Under the pieces are notes generated by a model. The model saw only the letters and a list, made by a program, of their open reading frames with translations, was not told the DNA's origin and did no database searches. Of a stretch of 64,000 nucleotides of DNA, positions 60,481 to 64,000 are shown in pieces; position 1 is the first letter of the stretch; each line of letters opens with the position of its first letter. Location: assembly GCA_021740845.1 (NCBI GenBank), contig JAIOYZ010000022.1, positions 3,402 through 67,401 of the forward strand, written 5' to 3'. This DNA comes from Bacteroidia bacterium. GTDB lineage: Bacteria > Bacteroidota > Bacteroidia > UKL13-3. Both the position numbers and the translations under genes were made by a program.

Positions 60481-60618
60481 ATTTTTACTTTTATTTTTCG
60501 GTTTGAACCAATTAAAAGGAAAATATTGAAACAGAAAATTCTGGAATTGAATAAATTAAATTAGAATTCAATTTTAGTTGTAATTTCATTATACTTGCCC
60601 CAAATAATACACCCATTT

Positions 60619-61764
60619 ATGTTAAATTTTGAGACCACCGAAAACCAAACCATGATTGCGCAAATGGTGCGTGATTTTGCCGAAAAGAATATTCGTCCAA
60701 ATATCATGGATTGGGATGAAAGTCAGACTTTCCCATTAGAAACATTTAAAGAAATGGGGAAATTAGGTTTATTAGGTGTTTTGGTGCCAGAAGAATATGG
60801 CGGGGCAGGATTTGGTTACTTTGAATATGTTACCGCGATAGTTGAGCTTTCTAAAGTTTGCGGTTCCGTAGGATTAAGCATGGCTGCACACAATAGTTTG
60901 TGCACGGGTCATATTATGTATTTTGGTAACGAAGAGCAAAAGAAAAAATGGTTACCTCAATTGGCAAGTGGGGAAGCTATTGGAGCATGGGGTTTAACAG
61001 AAGCCAATACTGGAAGTGATGCAATGCGTATGCAATGTGTTGCCAAAGAAGATGGTGATGATTTTATATTAAACGGAACCAAGAATTGGATTACTCATGG
61101 TATTACTGGAAATATTGTAGTTGTTTTGGCCAGAACTGGAGAACTTTTGGATAGCAATGGTATTACTGCATTTGTGGTAGAACGTGGAACCCCAGGTTTT
61201 AGAGGTGGTAAAAAGGAAAATAAATTAGGCATGCGTGCCAGTGAAACAGCCGAATTGATCTTTGAAGATTGTAGAGTTCCTAAAGCAAATATTTTAGGAA
61301 ATATTGGAGATGGTTTTAAACAAGCCATGAAGGTATTGGATGGTGGAAGGATTTCCATTGCAGCTTTGTCGTTAGGAATTGCCAAAGGAGCTTATGAAGC
61401 GGCATTAAAATATTCAAAAGAGCGCCAACAATTTGGTCAACCCATTAGCAATTTCCAAGGAATTTCATTTAAGTTGGCAGATATGGCCACACAAATTGAG
61501 GCAGCCGAATTATTGATTTTTCAGGCAGCAGATAGAAAGAACAAACACCTTAGTGTAAATAAAGAAGGTGCTATGGCTAAATATTATGCTAGTGAAGTTG
61601 CTGTAAGAAATTCTACAGAAGCAGTTCAGATTTTTGGAGGATATGGTTATACCAAAGATTTTCCAGTAGAGAAGTTTTACAGGGATTCAAAATTATGCAC
61701 TATAGGCGAAGGAACCAGTGAAATTCAAAAGCTGGTTATATCTAGAGCCATTTTGAAGGATTAA
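60619..61764 (+). CDS. Acyl-CoA dehydrogenase
   Basis: GLTEANTGSD, NGTKNWIT, KLGMRAS, RQQFG, QIFGGYGY, IGEGTSEIQ. Confidence 0.95.
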   Translation: MLNFETTENQTMIAQMVRDFAEKNIRPNIMDWDESQTFPLETFKEMGKLGLLGVLVPEEYGGAGFGYFEYVTAIVELSKVCGSVGLSMAAHNSLCTGHIMYFGNEEQKKKWLPQLASGEAIGAWGLTEANTGSDAMRMQCVAKEDGDDFILNGTKNWITHGITGNIVVVLARTGELLDSNGITAFVVERGTPGFRGGKKENKLGMRASETAELIFEDCRVPKANILGNIGDGFKQAMKVLDGGRISIAALSLGIAKGAYEAALKYSKERQQFGQPISNFQGISFKLADMATQIEAAELLIFQAADRKNKHLSVNKEGAMAKYYASEVAVRNSTEAVQIFGGYGYTKDFPVEKFYRDSKLCTIGEGTSEIQKLVISRAILKD

Positions 61765-61769
61765 GTTTA

Positions 61770-62909
61770 ATGCCTCCTAAGGTTTGTCACTTTTCCTCTG
61801 TTCATCAGGTTTGGGATACACGGGTTTTTTATAGAGAATGTGTATCCTTGGCCAAAGAATTTGATGTAACATTAATTGCAATAGGCGAGGGGAATTACGT
61901 TAAACAAGGCGTTCGAGTTATTGGTATATCAAAGCCTAAAAATTTCTGGTATAGATATTTTATTACCATTTGGAAAGTTTTCATTTTGGCGGTAAAGGTA
62001 GATGCTAAAATTTACCATATCCACGATGCAGAAATGGTTCCATTTGGAATTGTTTTAAGCCTTCTTGGGAAAAAGGTAATTTATGATATCCATGAAAATA
62101 CCCATGGCGATATTTTATTAAAACCTTGGTTACCCAAACCCATTCGTAAAATCTTGGCATCACTTTACAATTTGGTATTGAGGATTGCCAGTAGGTTCAT
62201 GCATTTTATAATAGTAGTGGCTGATCCAAAATTTTTACCTAATTTTTTTGTGAAAGAGGAGGAGTGTACAATCATCCAAAACTTTGCCGACACATCAGAG
62301 ATGGAAGAGTTTAGAGTAATGGATAGACATTTATTGCCAGGCAACCATTTGTATTATGTAGGGATGATAAGGGATATGTATTATTCTATTGATCCGGTGC
62401 TAGAAGCTATTGCCATTTTGAAGGAGAAAGGCCTCCGCATAGATTTACATTTGGTTGGTTATTTTGGATCTAAGACTAGTACTAAATTGGATATAGTTCC
62501 ATGCTGGGAAAGTATTCAAGACCAGGTTCATTATTATGGATTTTTAGAAACTAAGGAAGCCTATAAGATATCAATGCAATGCAAAATTGGAATTTGCATA
62601 AAGAACCAACCCGAAGACATGTTGGTTTCTCATGAAAGGAAGCTGTTTGAATACATGGCAATTGGATTGCCTTCTATTTTTTGCAAAAGGAGTATTTATA
62701 CAGATTTAAATACCAAAACTTCTATAGGATTAGCTATAAATATAGAATCGCCTGATGAAATATCAGTTGCAATAGCAGATTTGTTGCAAAATGATAAAAA
62801 TTATGCTGCTAGTCAGAATAATTTTACACATTCCAATGCAGTTTATAATTGGCAAAAGGAGGAACAAAAATTGCTTGAATTGTATCGCATTTTGTTAACC
62901 ACCACTTAA
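61770..62909 (+). CDS. Glycosyltransferase family 4
   Basis: SSVH..D.R, HIHDAE, YDIHE, KLFEYMAIGLP, YNWQ. Confidence 0.88.
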   Translation: MPPKVCHFSSVHQVWDTRVFYRECVSLAKEFDVTLIAIGEGNYVKQGVRVIGISKPKNFWYRYFITIWKVFILAVKVDAKIYHIHDAEMVPFGIVLSLLGKKVIYDIHENTHGDILLKPWLPKPIRKILASLYNLVLRIASRFMHFIIVVADPKFLPNFFVKEEECTIIQNFADTSEMEEFRVMDRHLLPGNHLYYVGMIRDMYYSIDPVLEAIAILKEKGLRIDLHLVGYFGSKTSTKLDIVPCWESIQDQVHYYGFLETKEAYKISMQCKIGICIKNQPEDMLVSHERKLFEYMAIGLPSIFCKRSIYTDLNTKTSIGLAINIESPDEISVAIADLLQNDKNYAASQNNFTHSNAVYNWQKEEQKLLELYRILLTTT

Positions 62910-63148
62910 ATAAGAAAAGGAACTTCTCAAAAGGCTTTTCATTTCTCATTTTGAACCAAACCCTTTATCTCTCCCAATTTGAAACTTCATTTGCGACATT
63001 TAAAACCGCTATTAGGAAAATATTATCGCTATTTGTCATCATAATTATGACGCTTGTCATTTTCTTGCATGTATTTTTTTCTTGAATAATATCTTTTCAT
63101 AGTATTCGTACCCGAACTGCAAACCCTTTACTTAAAAATATATTGATT

Positions 63149-64000
63149 ATGAATTACAATTTTTTACTTAATTATCTAAAAAGGATAACATTTCTATTAG
63201 GGATTTTATTCCTACAGATAGGAATGATTAATGGTCAAACCCTAGACCAATCCTCCCCGACAAATGGAGATCAATACACGTTTCAAACAAGTTGTGCTGG
63301 TGTTTGTGTTATTGGACAATCATTTACCGCAGGAGTATCTGGTGAATTACATAGTATTCAACTGATAACTGCGGGTTCTAATGGAGCCTCTATTACCTAT
63401 GATTTCACTTTGTATGATGGTAGTGGAATTGGAGGTGCTGTTTTGAACAGCCAGACCTCATTATCAACGCCTGCAGGTGGAGGTGTAAATTTTTCAATTA
63501 CCATGCCTTCTGGAGTAAACTTAACTAATGGTAATACTTATACTTTTATTTTAAGTAACCCATCAGGAACTGCAAATATTTCTACTAATAATGGTTCTGG
63601 TTATTCAGGCGGTTCCCTTTACATTGTAGAAAATGGTATTACTTCTTTTGGTAATGGTGTTCAAGATATGTATTTTAATACATTTATGAATAGCAGTCCA
63701 ACAGTTTTAACTTCAGGGTCACTATTAGCGTTTACAAGTTGTTCAGGCACAGAATCTAATTATCAAAGTTTTACCGTTAGTGGTACGAATTTAAGCGCTA
63801 ATTTAGTTGTTACCGCTCCTACAGGTTTTGAAGTCTCTACTTCTTCTGGTGCTGGTTATGCTTCATTTGTTTCATTATCTCCTAGCAGCGGAACAGTAAA
63901 TTCAACAACAATATATGTTCGTTTAACCAATAGTGCTTCAGGAACACCATCTGGTAATGTTGCTTGTACCTCAACAGGTGCAACTACACAAAATGTTGCA
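63149..64000 (+). CDS. Large secreted/surface protein with Ig-like Ser/Thr/Gly-rich domains, 3'-truncated (probable T9SS cargo)
   Basis: Open frame from ATG 63149 to window end; signal peptide, GQSFTAG, SFTVSGTNLSANLVVTAPTGFEVS...TTIYVRL; C-terminal sorting domain not visible. Confidence 0.8.
   Translation, partial: MNYNFLLNYLKRITFLLGILFLQIGMINGQTLDQSSPTNGDQYTFQTSCAGVCVIGQSFTAGVSGELHSIQLITAGSNGASITYDFTLYDGSGIGGAVLNSQTSLSTPAGGGVNFSITMPSGVNLTNGNTYTFILSNPSGTANISTNNGSGYSGGSLYIVENGITSFGNGVQDMYFNTFMNSSPTVLTSGSLLAFTSCSGTESNYQSFTVSGTNLSANLVVTAPTGFEVSTSSGAGYASFVSLSPSSGTVNSTTIYVRLTNSASGTPSGNVACTSTGATTQNVA

Larger units (their letters stand above)
1139..60511. repeat. Dispersed highly iterated motif GGTTTGAACC/GGTTCAAACC (extended TTCGGTTTGAACCAA), at least 29 exact core copies
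   Basis: Core starts. GGTTCAAACC: 1139,1572,2649,6628,12876,15933,23006,28730,29985,30871,39098,42698,47661,57202,58597. GGTTTGAACC: 2332,5599,10528,10609,20948,23179,24005,35250,38640,47383,49074,54250,58532,60500. Confidence 0.92.

Noticed and set aside
1139-60511. Dispersed motif as tRNA T-loops (GGTTCRA) or tRNA fragments
   Set aside because: No cloverleaf, acceptor stem or anticodon arm around any copy, and most copies are inside intact CDSs.
1139-60511. Dispersed motif as CRISPR repeats, classical REP elements or Chi/KOPS
   Set aside because: Too short and irregularly spaced for CRISPR, and no cas genes; no GTAG-type REP hairpin and mostly intragenic; the 15:14 orientation split argues against polar Chi/KOPS.
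2142-61385. Numerous 60-160 aa ORFs antisense to or nested in long genes
   Set aside because: Fully overlap well-supported CDSs and show no recognisable motifs.
1-64000. Mobile elements, prophage, defence systems, rRNA or tRNA genes
   Set aside because: No integrase, transposase, phage or defence-type ORF, and no structured RNA gene recognised by eye; a covariance-model scan was not possible.

Overview
Gene-dense, AT-rich (roughly one third GC by eye) chromosomal window from a Bacteroidota bacterium. The assignment rests on TAnnTTTG promoters, a PorV-family gene, a TonB-dependent receptor and a sulfonolipid-type acyltransferase. It holds about 57 mostly housekeeping CDSs (nnr, mnmD, amn, trehalose synthesis/degradation, pyrG, yidC, tyrS, rnhB, aroE, engB, lpxK, lipA, hppA, miaB and others), with truncated genes at both edges. 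I found no rRNA, tRNA, CRISPR array, transposase or prophage. The strongest unexplained signal is a dispersed quasi-palindromic motif, core GGTT(TG/CA)AACC, extended TTCGGTTTGAACCAA. I counted by eye 29 exact core copies, in both orientations, inside genes (four reading frames) and between genes, as expected for a DNA-uptake-sequence-like or HIP-like genome signal. Other points of note: a membrane pyrophosphatase with a 138-aa Cys/Met-rich tail, a G-quadruplex-prone (GGGTTTT)n array upstream of pyrG, a perfect 34-bp operator before a TonB receptor, an MtfA-like pseudo-peptidase, two small unannotated proteins and several probably leaderless genes. All calls come from reading the sequence; no searches were run.
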